A stretch of DNA of 64,000 nucleotides from Nitrospirales bacterium (GTDB taxonomy: Bacteria; Nitrospirota; Nitrospiria; Nitrospirales; UBA8639): contig OY729426.1 of NCBI GenBank assembly GCA_963422365.1, forward strand, positions 1,536,001-1,600,000, in the 5' to 3' direction. Positions 45,126 through 53,465 of this stretch are shown in pieces. The position numbers and the translations under genes are program-made. How positions within the stretch are numbered: the first letter of the stretch is position 1; every line of letters begins with the position of its first letter. The notes beneath the pieces were generated by a model. That model was not told the DNA's origin. It searched no databases and saw only the letters and a list, made by a program, of their open reading frames with translations.

Positions 45126-46901
45126 ATGCGAACTTGCCGAATGGCCATGGTTCAGATGAACCCTGTCGTGGGGGACGTGGATGGGAATGTGCGTGCGATG
45201 GGCAAATGGGTCAAACAAGCGCGGCAGGTCGGAGCAGAGATTGTCGTCTTTCCAGAATTAGCGATCACCGGCTATCCTCCTGAAGATCTGGTCTTACAAC
45301 CAAGTTTTCTCCACGCCACCAAGCAAGCTCTCCAACAGTTGACTAAGCAGTGTCGTGGCCTCACCGTCGTCGTCGGTTATCTTGAAGAGCAGGTGGCACG
45401 GGATTCGACTCCTTTCGTCGTCCCTTCAGGACCCCGGCATGTGTTGAATGCAGCGGCGGTGATTCATGACCGGCAAGTCGTGGCTACCTGCCAGAAAATC
45501 TTCTTGCCTAATTATGGAGTGTTTGACGAAAGCCGATATTTTTCACCAGGCAAAAAGGCCTTAGTCTGTCAAGTCCAAGGGGTGCGGTTTGGCGTGAATA
45601 TCTGTGAGGACATTTGGTATGCCGATGGGCCCACTCGCGATCAGGTCGCCGTCGGGCGCGCGCAACTCATTCTGAACATCAATGCATCTCCCTATCATAG
45701 GGGAAAGTCAAAAACGCGGGAGCACATGTTGGCGCAACGTGCCAGAGAGAATGACGTGGTGGTGAGTTACACCAACATGGTTGGAGGGCAGGACGAAGTC
45801 GTATTCGATGGAAACAGTATGATTGTCGATCGAATGGGAAAGGTCATCACCCGTGCCAGGGCGTTTGAAGAAGAGCTGCTTGTGGCGGATCTGTCTTTCA
45901 ATGGCCCACGGGAGACGCGCTCCGTGGTTCGAGAGAAACAGGCCAAGCAGCGGTATCCCGTCAAGCGAGTGCAACTTTCTCCGGTTGGGCAACGGAAACC
46001 GAACAAGCCCGTGCCGTTGAAAAATCCAACTTTGCCTTGCCATTTAGAAGAAATCTATCAAGCATTGGTGACAGGCGTGCGTGACTACGTCAGGAAGAAC
46101 CATTTCCAGCGAGTGTTGATTGCCATCAGCGGAGGGATTGATTCAGCCCTGACGGCAGTGATTGCCACCGATGCCCTTGGGCCGGACCAAGTGATGGGGG
46201 TGTTCATGTCCTCACCGTTTACCTCACGGGAAAGCCGCGTTGATGCCAAAGCCTTGACGAAGGCGCTGAACATTCGTTTGTTGACCATTCCGATTACGCG
46301 CCTTTGGAAGCAATACTCCCGGACCTTGTCTTCGACTTTCGGAGCATGCGTTCCTGATATCACGGAAGAAAATCTTCAAGCTCGCATCCGTGGCACCATT
46401 GTGATGGCTCTATCCAACAAGTTTGGCCATTTAGTCTTGACGACCGGCAATAAGAGCGAAATGAGCGTCGGCTATGCCACCTTGTATGGAGATATGGCTG
46501 GTGGCTTTGCCGTGATGAAAGACGTACCCAAAACCCTGGTCTATGGACTGGTGCGTTATCGGAATCTCAAAGCCGTTGACGACCATGGTGCAGCGGTGAT
46601 TCCTCAACGGATGATCGACCGACCGCCTTCGGCTGAGCTCAAGCCCGATCAAACGGATCAAGACACCTTGCCGTCCTATGAAGTCCTCGACCCCATCCTG
46701 GAGGCCTATGTCGAAGGAGACTCTTCCCTTCAAGAAATTGTCGAAAAAGGATTTTCTCCGCAACTCGTCAAACGCGTGATGGCCATGGTGGATCGCAGTG
46801 AATATAAACGACGTCAGGCTCCCATCGGGATCAAAATCACACGCAAGGCGCTTGGGAAAGATCGACGCATGCCAATTACCAATCGATATGTGAAGCATTG
46901 A
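45126..46901 (+). CDS. nadE: Glutamine-dependent NAD+ synthetase
   Basis: Nitrilase-like domain (FPEL..TGYPPEDL, K..LPNYGVFDE, ICEDIW) plus SGGIDS, ENLQARIRG, GNKSE. Confidence 0.97.
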   Translation: MRTCRMAMVQMNPVVGDVDGNVRAMGKWVKQARQVGAEIVVFPELAITGYPPEDLVLQPSFLHATKQALQQLTKQCRGLTVVVGYLEEQVARDSTPFVVPSGPRHVLNAAAVIHDRQVVATCQKIFLPNYGVFDESRYFSPGKKALVCQVQGVRFGVNICEDIWYADGPTRDQVAVGRAQLILNINASPYHRGKSKTREHMLAQRARENDVVVSYTNMVGGQDEVVFDGNSMIVDRMGKVITRARAFEEELLVADLSFNGPRETRSVVREKQAKQRYPVKRVQLSPVGQRKPNKPVPLKNPTLPCHLEEIYQALVTGVRDYVRKNHFQRVLIAISGGIDSALTAVIATDALGPDQVMGVFMSSPFTSRESRVDAKALTKALNIRLLTIPITRLWKQYSRTLSSTFGACVPDITEENLQARIRGTIVMALSNKFGHLVLTTGNKSEMSVGYATLYGDMAGGFAVMKDVPKTLVYGLVRYRNLKAVDDHGAAVIPQRMIDRPPSAELKPDQTDQDTLPSYEVLDPILEAYVEGDSSLQEIVEKGFSPQLVKRVMAMVDRSEYKRRQAPIGIKITRKALGKDRRMPITNRYVKH

Positions 46902-46975
46902 CGAACAATGTCCAAGTCAGCCTACTCACCCATACGAGTGACGGAGGATAAGAAGAACGTCACCGGCGGAGGTTT

Positions 46976-49708
46976 GTGAATCACGAATGTAAACAATCGG
47001 GGACTCCGCCTATCGACTCATCTCAGTCGAGTGTGTCCTCAACACAAGCCGTACTCCAGGCGCGACGCGAAGGCATTCGCCAACGATTACGGGATGGCGC
47101 GTCAGGGACGGAGGTCGTGTCGGATTTTGCCGCTCTCGTTGATGCGGTCTTGATCGGTCGTTATCGAAACGTGATCAGACGGCAGGGCAGCAGTGCGGCT
47201 GCGGGCATGCCGCATTGTTGTCTCGTGGCGGTGGGGGGATATGGTCGACGCGAACTTGCCCCCTATTCCGACATCGACATCATGATGCTCTATCGTGCCG
47301 GTGGCGAAAAGGCAGTTCAGGATCTTTCAAAGCAGGTGTTTCACCATTTGTGGGATTTGGGTTTTCAGGTGGGGCATAGTGTTCGATCGATTCACGACTG
47401 CGTGGTCGTCGCAGAAGGGGATTTGTCGGCCAAAACCGCGCTCATGGAGTCGAGGTTTTTAGTCGGAAGTCCGGCGGTCTTTCAAGAATTTCGGCAACGT
47501 TTTGCCAAGCGCGTTCTTGGAAGACGAGTGGAGAGTTTTATCCGTGAAAAGCTTGAAGAGCGGCATCAGGACTATGCCAAATTCGGCGAGACCGTGTTTC
47601 TCTTGGAACCGAATATGAAGAAGACCAAAGGCGGATTGAGAGATGTCCATTTGCTCCAATGGATCGGGATGGCCCGGTATCAGGCCTCCACATTGCAGGA
47701 GTTAGCCAATCGTGGAGTCTTGGTGCACCACGATTATCAGGCGTTGCTTGAGGCAAGAGAGTTCTTATTCAAGGTACGTGCCTTGCTCCATTTAGAGGCG
47801 GGCCGTGCCCAGGAAATATTGTCGTTCGATGAACAAGTGCGCATGGCTCAAGAGTTTGGCTATCGAGATGAACCGCATATGCTGGGTGTCGAACAGTTCA
47901 TGCAGCAATATTATCGTCTGACCATGGGCATTCATCATTGTGCCATGCGATTTGTGGAGCGTGCACGCTCCGTGTCTCTCTGGACTCGCCTCAAAAAACT
48001 TTGGCCTTCTCCTTTGATCAATGGTTTTTTCCAGGTCGTCGATGGGAGACTGTCCATACGTGAAGAGAAACTCATTCAGGTCTTGGATGATCCGGAGTAC
48101 CTCGTGAGTCTCTTTCAGGTTGCTCAAAAACAAAGGGTGACGATCGACGGACGGGTGCTGGAAGAGATTCACCGCCACATGGGAAGCATGCCAGACCATC
48201 TGTTTGCTTCCCCAGCCGTGAATCGGCGGTTTCGAGAATTGTTGTCGGGACCTGAGGCCGTTGCCGAGACGTTAATGCTGATGCACCAAGCTCGTGTTTT
48301 GGAAAAACTGGTCCCGGCCTTTGGCCGTGTACGGGGACTCATGCAATTTAATCAGTACCACAAATATACGGTGGATGAGCATAGCCTGCTGGCCGTGACG
48401 CAAGTTGAGTCTTTAGGGAAGCAGTCTGGAATGTTGGGAAAGGTGTACCAAGACATTCAACAGAAGGATCTTCTGCACTTGGCCGTGCTGCTTCATGATG
48501 TGGGGAAAGGCCTCCCTGAGGACCACAGCGAAGTCGGCAAAAAGATTGCTCAAGACATGTCCGTCAGATTAGGACTTGACGCACCAGAATCGCAGACCCT
48601 GGAGTTTCTTGTACACGCACACCTGCTGATGGCGAATACGGCCTTTCGACGGGACCCCAGTGATGAAAAAGTGCTTCTGATGTTTTGTCGGGCCGTGAGC
48701 ACTCCCCATCGATTAAAACAACTCTTGCTCCTGACTGCTGCAGACATTGCGGCGGTAGGTCCGGACATGCTGACAAGGTGGAAAGAAACGTTGCTGATCG
48801 AATTATATTTACGGGCACTCCCTGAAGTTTCCGGAGAAAGTGAACGGGGGGAATCCACCCGTGACGTCGAGCATCTCACCAACGAGGTGTTGGCTGTCTG
48901 GCAGTCGCAAGCTCTACGCGTTGAAGGACGTGGCCCAGCAACCCAGGGGCGGTCTCTTCCGACCCGTGAGTGGGTCAAGAGCCAGTTAGAAGCCTTTCCG
49001 GTGCGCTATCTTTTCGGAACGGCCCAGGATCGCATCATAGCCCACCTGTCTGCCATTCAATGCTTGACTCCGGAACATCCCAGGGTCGAATCCACCTATA
49101 ATCAGGAACTCAAGGTGTGTGAGTATTCGTTAATTGCCTTTGATTCCGTGGCGTCCGGGATGTTTATGAAGATGACGGGCGTGTTGGCTGCGAAAGGCCT
49201 GCTTGTGCTTGAGGCCCAGATTGTGACAAGACCAGACGGTATTGTGGTGGATACGTTTTTGGTCAAGGACCCTGATTTCAACGGCGCGCCGACGCCGGCA
49301 CGGTTGGAAAAAGTGGGGAAGGCAATCGTCAGTGTGTTGAAGGGAGAATTCTCGGTCGAAGCGTTTATGGAACAGAATCAACGCGTGTCATTTCGTAGCC
49401 AAATGCCGATTCGCCAGCATCGCACCGAAGTCAAAATCGATAATGAGACGTCTGACCAGTTTACCATGATTGACGTGTTTGCCGATGACAAGCAGGGCCT
49501 GTTGCATGAAATAGCCAAAACCTTGTATGACCTCGGTCTCTCGATTCATGCGGCCAAAATCGGGACGCGGCTTGATCAAGTCGTGGACGTGTTTCACGTC
49601 ACGGAACGGAATGGCAAAAAGGTCGAAGACGCCCACACATGTGCATCCATTCAAAAGAGATTAGAAGAAACAGTCGATCGATTTTTGCAATATGACAACT
49701 CACAGTGA
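46976..49708 (+). CDS. glnD: [Protein-PII] uridylyltransferase / uridylyl-removing enzyme
   Basis: GGYGRRELAPYSDID, HKYTVDEH, LLHDVGKG (HD domain), two C-terminal ACT domains. Confidence 0.97.
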   Translation: MNHECKQSGTPPIDSSQSSVSSTQAVLQARREGIRQRLRDGASGTEVVSDFAALVDAVLIGRYRNVIRRQGSSAAAGMPHCCLVAVGGYGRRELAPYSDIDIMMLYRAGGEKAVQDLSKQVFHHLWDLGFQVGHSVRSIHDCVVVAEGDLSAKTALMESRFLVGSPAVFQEFRQRFAKRVLGRRVESFIREKLEERHQDYAKFGETVFLLEPNMKKTKGGLRDVHLLQWIGMARYQASTLQELANRGVLVHHDYQALLEAREFLFKVRALLHLEAGRAQEILSFDEQVRMAQEFGYRDEPHMLGVEQFMQQYYRLTMGIHHCAMRFVERARSVSLWTRLKKLWPSPLINGFFQVVDGRLSIREEKLIQVLDDPEYLVSLFQVAQKQRVTIDGRVLEEIHRHMGSMPDHLFASPAVNRRFRELLSGPEAVAETLMLMHQARVLEKLVPAFGRVRGLMQFNQYHKYTVDEHSLLAVTQVESLGKQSGMLGKVYQDIQQKDLLHLAVLLHDVGKGLPEDHSEVGKKIAQDMSVRLGLDAPESQTLEFLVHAHLLMANTAFRRDPSDEKVLLMFCRAVSTPHRLKQLLLLTAADIAAVGPDMLTRWKETLLIELYLRALPEVSGESERGESTRDVEHLTNEVLAVWQSQALRVEGRGPATQGRSLPTREWVKSQLEAFPVRYLFGTAQDRIIAHLSAIQCLTPEHPRVESTYNQELKVCEYSLIAFDSVASGMFMKMTGVLAAKGLLVLEAQIVTRPDGIVVDTFLVKDPDFNGAPTPARLEKVGKAIVSVLKGEFSVEAFMEQNQRVSFRSQMPIRQHRTEVKIDNETSDQFTMIDVFADDKQGLLHEIAKTLYDLGLSIHAAKIGTRLDQVVDVFHVTERNGKKVEDAHTCASIQKRLEETVDRFLQYDNSQ

Positions 49709-50155
49709 AGAATGCTGTTGTTGCAATATTTGCACTTGATCAATAATGGTTTGCATCATACGTAGATTAATGTCGTGGATCAGTCGACACTGTAAGTGGC
49801 CTTTGGGATTCACAATAAGCGTTTCGCACCGATAGGCAGGAAGGGGAACGGCCAAGCTGAGTGTGCGACTCAGACGGCCCAACGGATCGACCAACAAGGT
49901 CAGATTGATGTTTTTGACCCGTTGATGCGGCAGCATGGAAGGGGCGATCATGTTGAATGAGAACGAAAAACGTTGCGGGCAGAGAATGAAATCGAGTGTG
50001 TTGACGATCGAAAAAATGGCTTCGACTTCACTAAAATGAAAGACGCTATTCAGGATGACCCATTGACCCTGAAAATCTCCCAAGGAAGAGCTTGTGAAGG
50101 TGCCATTGACTAAAGCAGGCATACGGTATCGGGGCATGGGATCTCCAATGTTCAT
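49700..50155 (-). pseudogene. Peroxiredoxin/AhpC-like protein lacking the catalytic Cys, with a probable out-of-frame internal segment
   Basis: IGD.MP...PAL.NG, L.DF.GQW, LL.DP.G.LSR, T.IV.PKG resemble the AhpC fold; middle part fits better in the -1 frame. Confidence 0.6.
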
Positions 50156-50203
50156 CGAGGCGCGCTCCTTATTTGTGAAAGTTAAGAAATGGTTGTCGGC
50201 CTA

Positions 50204-51223
50204 TCAGCCAGAACTTGCTTGCAAGCGAGGCGTTCCTTCCCGAAGGCTGGAGAAGATCATTCGACCGGCATTTGTTTGAATGACACTGGTAACCACCACC
50301 TCGACGCGTTTCCCAATCCATCGTCTGGCATGATCGACGACAACCATGGTCCCATCATCCAAGTGCGCCACGCCCTGTCCCGCTTCTTTCCCTTCTCTCA
50401 ACAGAAAGACCTTTAAGGATTCGCCAGGCAGTACGGCTGGTCGAATCGCGTTCGACAATTCGTGAGTATTTAAAATCTGTATGCCTTGCACGGAGGCAAC
50501 CTTATTGAGATTCATATCGGTGGTCACGATTTTTGCTTTTTGGAGTTTTGCCAATTCCATCAATTTGGGGTCGACATCGGAAAATTGAGGAAAGTCGGCA
50601 TCAATAATATGGACATCAATGGTCTCCATATTCATGAGGTCCTGGAGGATGTCCAGGCCGCGTTTCCCCCGAATGCGTTTATGGCCGTCTGAGGAATCCG
50701 AGATGCGTTGGAGTTCGCGAAGGACGAATTGCGGTACAATGAGCGGACCTTCAAAAAACCCAGTCCGGGATAAGTCTGCAATACGTCCGTCGATAATAGC
50801 GCTCGTATCCAAAATTTTAGGTTGCTGGCTTTGTGATGCGGAGTCGGCACCATATGAGACAGGAACAAAAGAGAACGTTCTTCCCATTCGGATCCCCAGA
50901 AAGGTGCCGATATAGCAAAAACCGACTACGGTAGCGACGGTTAAAAAAGAGGTGATCTCAGGACGCTGGAGGAAAATCTGTTGGCTGATGAAACTTGCCA
51001 TTCCACTCAAACAGACTCCAATCGAAAAACCGGCGAGACCACCTAACATCTCACTCGGCCGCAGAGGAAACACCAGACGTTCAAGCCAGATCAACCCTAC
51101 GCTGAGCCCTCCCATTAAGAGGCCACCAAAGAGGCCGTGTGTAGACGTTTCCGATCCTCGACTTGATCCAAACGCAAATCCTGCCAGAACACTGCCAATG
51201 ATGAAGAGGGTTCGCACAACCAT
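50204..51223 (-). CDS. Membrane PIN/TRAM domain protein (YacL-like)
   Basis: N-terminal TMs; ILDTSAIIDGRI, RGKRGLDIL, TTD.NL.KVA; TRAM-like GKE.GQGV..LDDGTMVVV. Confidence 0.93.
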   Translation of the reverse strand: MVVRTLFIIGSVLAGFAFGSSRGSETSTHGLFGGLLMGGLSVGLIWLERLVFPLRPSEMLGGLAGFSIGVCLSGMASFISQQIFLQRPEITSFLTVATVVGFCYIGTFLGIRMGRTFSFVPVSYGADSASQSQQPKILDTSAIIDGRIADLSRTGFFEGPLIVPQFVLRELQRISDSSDGHKRIRGKRGLDILQDLMNMETIDVHIIDADFPQFSDVDPKLMELAKLQKAKIVTTDMNLNKVASVQGIQILNTHELSNAIRPAVLPGESLKVFLLREGKEAGQGVAHLDDGTMVVVDHARRWIGKRVEVVVTSVIQTNAGRMIFSSLREGTPRLQASSG

Positions 51224-51330
51224 AAAACGTATCCTTTCTTAGGCATTCGTGAGAGGTAAAAAAGTATGTCCGAGATGGGCAATGCAAAAATTCTTTCTAC
51301 ATGGTGCCGTGTAAGGGCTTTGTGGACTAT

Positions 51331-51588
51331 TCAAAGCGTCGGGATTGCCGAATAGCCACAGGGGCGTGGCGTCAAGACGTTCCTCTCGGTACGATGGTTG
51401 ATCTGCCCTGTCCGTATCGGAGGTCCGTTCGAGAGGCTGGGTCTGTGCTGGCCTGCCCCTGGCGTTGTACTCGGCCACATGGACCAGATCCAAAATACCA
51501 GAATCGTCATGATGATCAATGCTAAGGAAACAGCAACACTAATGAGTGCAGCCTTTTCCTCAGAATGGAAGTCAGAGGGATTCAGCAT
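51331..51588 (-). CDS. Small hypothetical protein with one TM helix
   Basis: ATG start; hydrophobic stretch ALISVAVSLALIIMTILVFWIW; no family recognised. Confidence 0.45.
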   Translation of the reverse strand: MLNPSDFHSEEKAALISVAVSLALIIMTILVFWIWSMWPSTTPGAGQHRPSLSNGPPIRTGQINHRTERNVLTPRPCGYSAIPTL

Positions 51589-51727
51589 AAGAATTTCCGA
51601 ATTCTCGGTGACGCCGTTGCATGGACAATGACGATTTCTGCTGAGTACTACCTACGTCCCTGCGCTGGCACGATGACCGATTCTCTTTTCGCAGGCCATC
51701 TTCGTGTCTGTAAGACCGCCATAACCC

Positions 51728-51775
51728 ATATTATGATTTTAATTATGGATATCAATATCATAATAATAATCTATC
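51728..51775. promoter_or_regulatory. AT-rich operator-like tract with overlapping Fur-family-like 19-mers
   Basis: Inverted repeat ATTATGAT...ATCATAAT; several 12-13/19 matches to GATAATGATAATCATTATC. Confidence 0.4.
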
Positions 51776-51944
51776 ACAATGGACCTGTCTCCACCATGTT
51801 GATTTTCCGGTGAAACATGTCGATCTGCCGGTTTTTGGGGAAAATGGACAAAAGGCCCCAAAATGGCAAATGGCTGCCCAATCCCCCATGCAGGCTTGCG
51901 TTTCACCAAGAGATGAAAAGAGATGAAAGTGGGGCACTCTCTAT

Positions 51945-52030
51945 CATCCCCGACGGGTATCATCGTGGGGCGGGAATTGTCAGCGAACGCCTGTCCCCGA
52001 CGTTTTTAATTGGGGAACTGAACCATACAG
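51945..52030 (+). repeat. Composite palindromic repeat sharing modules with 58476-58504 and 58785-58844
   Basis: CCCGACGGGT.TCATCG module and 27-nt CCTGTCCCCGACGTTTTTAATTGGGGA (51990-52016). Confidence 0.75.
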
Positions 52031-52110
52031 AAATGACGGGATTGGAGGGACGATCCTGAGCCTTTCTGTCGTCGGCAGGACCGGTCGGAAGGGTGGCTTT
52101 CGCTCATCCG

Positions 52111-52392
52111 TTATCGCACACTTTTCAATTTCCCTGTCACGAATTTGTGTAATGTGCTCGAGATGAGGGTTTGGTAGGGCATCCCTTCCTTTGCTGCTCT
52201 TTTTTGAATGTTTGCTAAATCGCGTGACGAGATCCGAATATTAATGCGCTTGTCCTTCTGAAGGAAATTGTGCGCGGCCTCTTCTAATTCGCGCTTCGCT
52301 TCTTTGAAGTTGTTGATGCTTGTAAATTCCCCGTGTTCAAAATCCTGAAGGAGCTTCACTTCTTCTCTGTCTAAGTTGAGAGGGTTTTTCAT
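52111..52392 (-). CDS. Putative antitoxin (CopG/RHH-like, BrnA-type)
   Basis: KDKRINIRIS..DL..IQ..A..EGMPYQTLISS.LH; overlaps the toxin stop codon. Confidence 0.85.
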   Translation of the reverse strand: MKNPLNLDREEVKLLQDFEHGEFTSINNFKEAKRELEEAAHNFLQKDKRINIRISSRDLANIQKRAAKEGMPYQTLISSTLHKFVTGKLKSVR

Positions 52393-52658
52393 TTGAGATA
52401 CTCCTTTGTCGCTTTCCTGCTCGGGATGATGGTTTTGAGAAATCGTGTTCCTTTCTGCTTCACGTATGGGACTAAGTACACGTACCCTTCCATGTTCAGA
52501 ACAATGATTCTCTGATTCGGATACTGGGACTCATTGGGATGCCTGATGATATCCAGGACATCGCCGCTCTGAATGTGAAAGACGACATCTTCAAAACTTA
52601 CGCCCCGTGTCTTCTCAAGAATCTCATTCTTTTTGTTATCCCAGTCAAATTCATGCAT
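52389..52658 (-). CDS. Putative BrnT-like type II toxin
   Basis: FDWD..KN..L...RGVSFE...FLKTIIPSRKATK.Y; 89 aa, toxin-first order. Confidence 0.85.
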   Translation of the reverse strand: MHEFDWDNKKNEILEKTRGVSFEDVVFHIQSGDVLDIIRHPNESQYPNQRIIVLNMEGYVYLVPYVKQKGTRFLKTIIPSRKATKEYLK

Positions 52659-52818
52659 GCATGAAACCATCTCATGTTGTGTGCCTTTTGTCAACATTTC
52701 GCACAATGGAGGGCCGTTGATGGCTCTTGATTGATCCTCCTGAGACCGCGCTTGGACCAAGGAGCGGTTCAGTTCCTGAAACAAGCAAAGGAAATCGAAA
52801 ACCTCGACTCCGCCGGGC

Positions 52819-53019
52819 CTATCGTTCCTTCTTCTTGTTATCTTTAGGGGAGTTATTTGTTCGGGTGTTTGGGAAAAGCGAGGAAAGAATCTGAATACGC
52901 TTGCAGCGCTTGCATTTTAATTGCAATCCTCGAGGCCCTAACGTCGCAATCAGTTGCCCGCAGAGACAGCGTGCTTCATGGATAGGGGTTGGCGGGTCTG
53001 GGTCCTTTTTCGTCATCAC
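52819..53019 (-). CDS. Small Com-like zinc-finger protein
   Basis: RCLCGQLIA-x7-LKCKRCKRI pattern resembles the Mu Com family. Confidence 0.55.
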   Translation of the reverse strand: MMTKKDPDPPTPIHEARCLCGQLIATLGPRGLQLKCKRCKRIQILSSLFPNTRTNNSPKDNKKKER

Positions 53020-53148
53020 CTGATACCTGGGGAATTGATGGTTGTGATCATGTGCGCGGATATTTTGCCCACAGCCTCCGGCAAGACAAAAAGCTCACGA
53101 TTCAGGAGTTCGCGGAGAAGAGCTCTCAAGCATAGAAAAAATCAGGGC

Positions 53149-53343
53149 TCATTGGTCCCTTTCTTTTAAGCCTAAGATCGATTTTGAAAATGAACCGTTT
53201 CTGGAGGAAGGTCGGGAAGGAAGGCGATATTCCCTGCGGAGCGCGTGTGGGATGATGGCAATGTCGCAATTCGTACAACGCCAAAACGTCCCAGCGGAAA
53301 CGAGTGTAGTCTGACGACAACTAGGACAACCTGGTGTATCCAT
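53149..53343 (-). CDS. Small zinc-ribbon protein
   Basis: CPSC-x12-CTNC; ATG start; same strand as neighbours. Confidence 0.5.
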   Translation of the reverse strand: MDTPGCPSCRQTTLVSAGTFWRCTNCDIAIIPHALRREYRLPSRPSSRNGSFSKSILGLKERDQ

Positions 53344-53465
53344 ACGGATTTCTCTCTCGATAACGAGGTCTTGATGAAAAACATACGGTCCATGTCGACC
53401 GTGAACGCGTTTATGCTTATCAGACGAGCACCGAAGAATGTCGTTCTTGAAGAACGTATAGCGCT

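Noticed and set aside
52111..53343. Prophage remnant suggested by the Com-like protein and TA pair
   Set aside because: No integrase, structural genes or att-like sites are visible.
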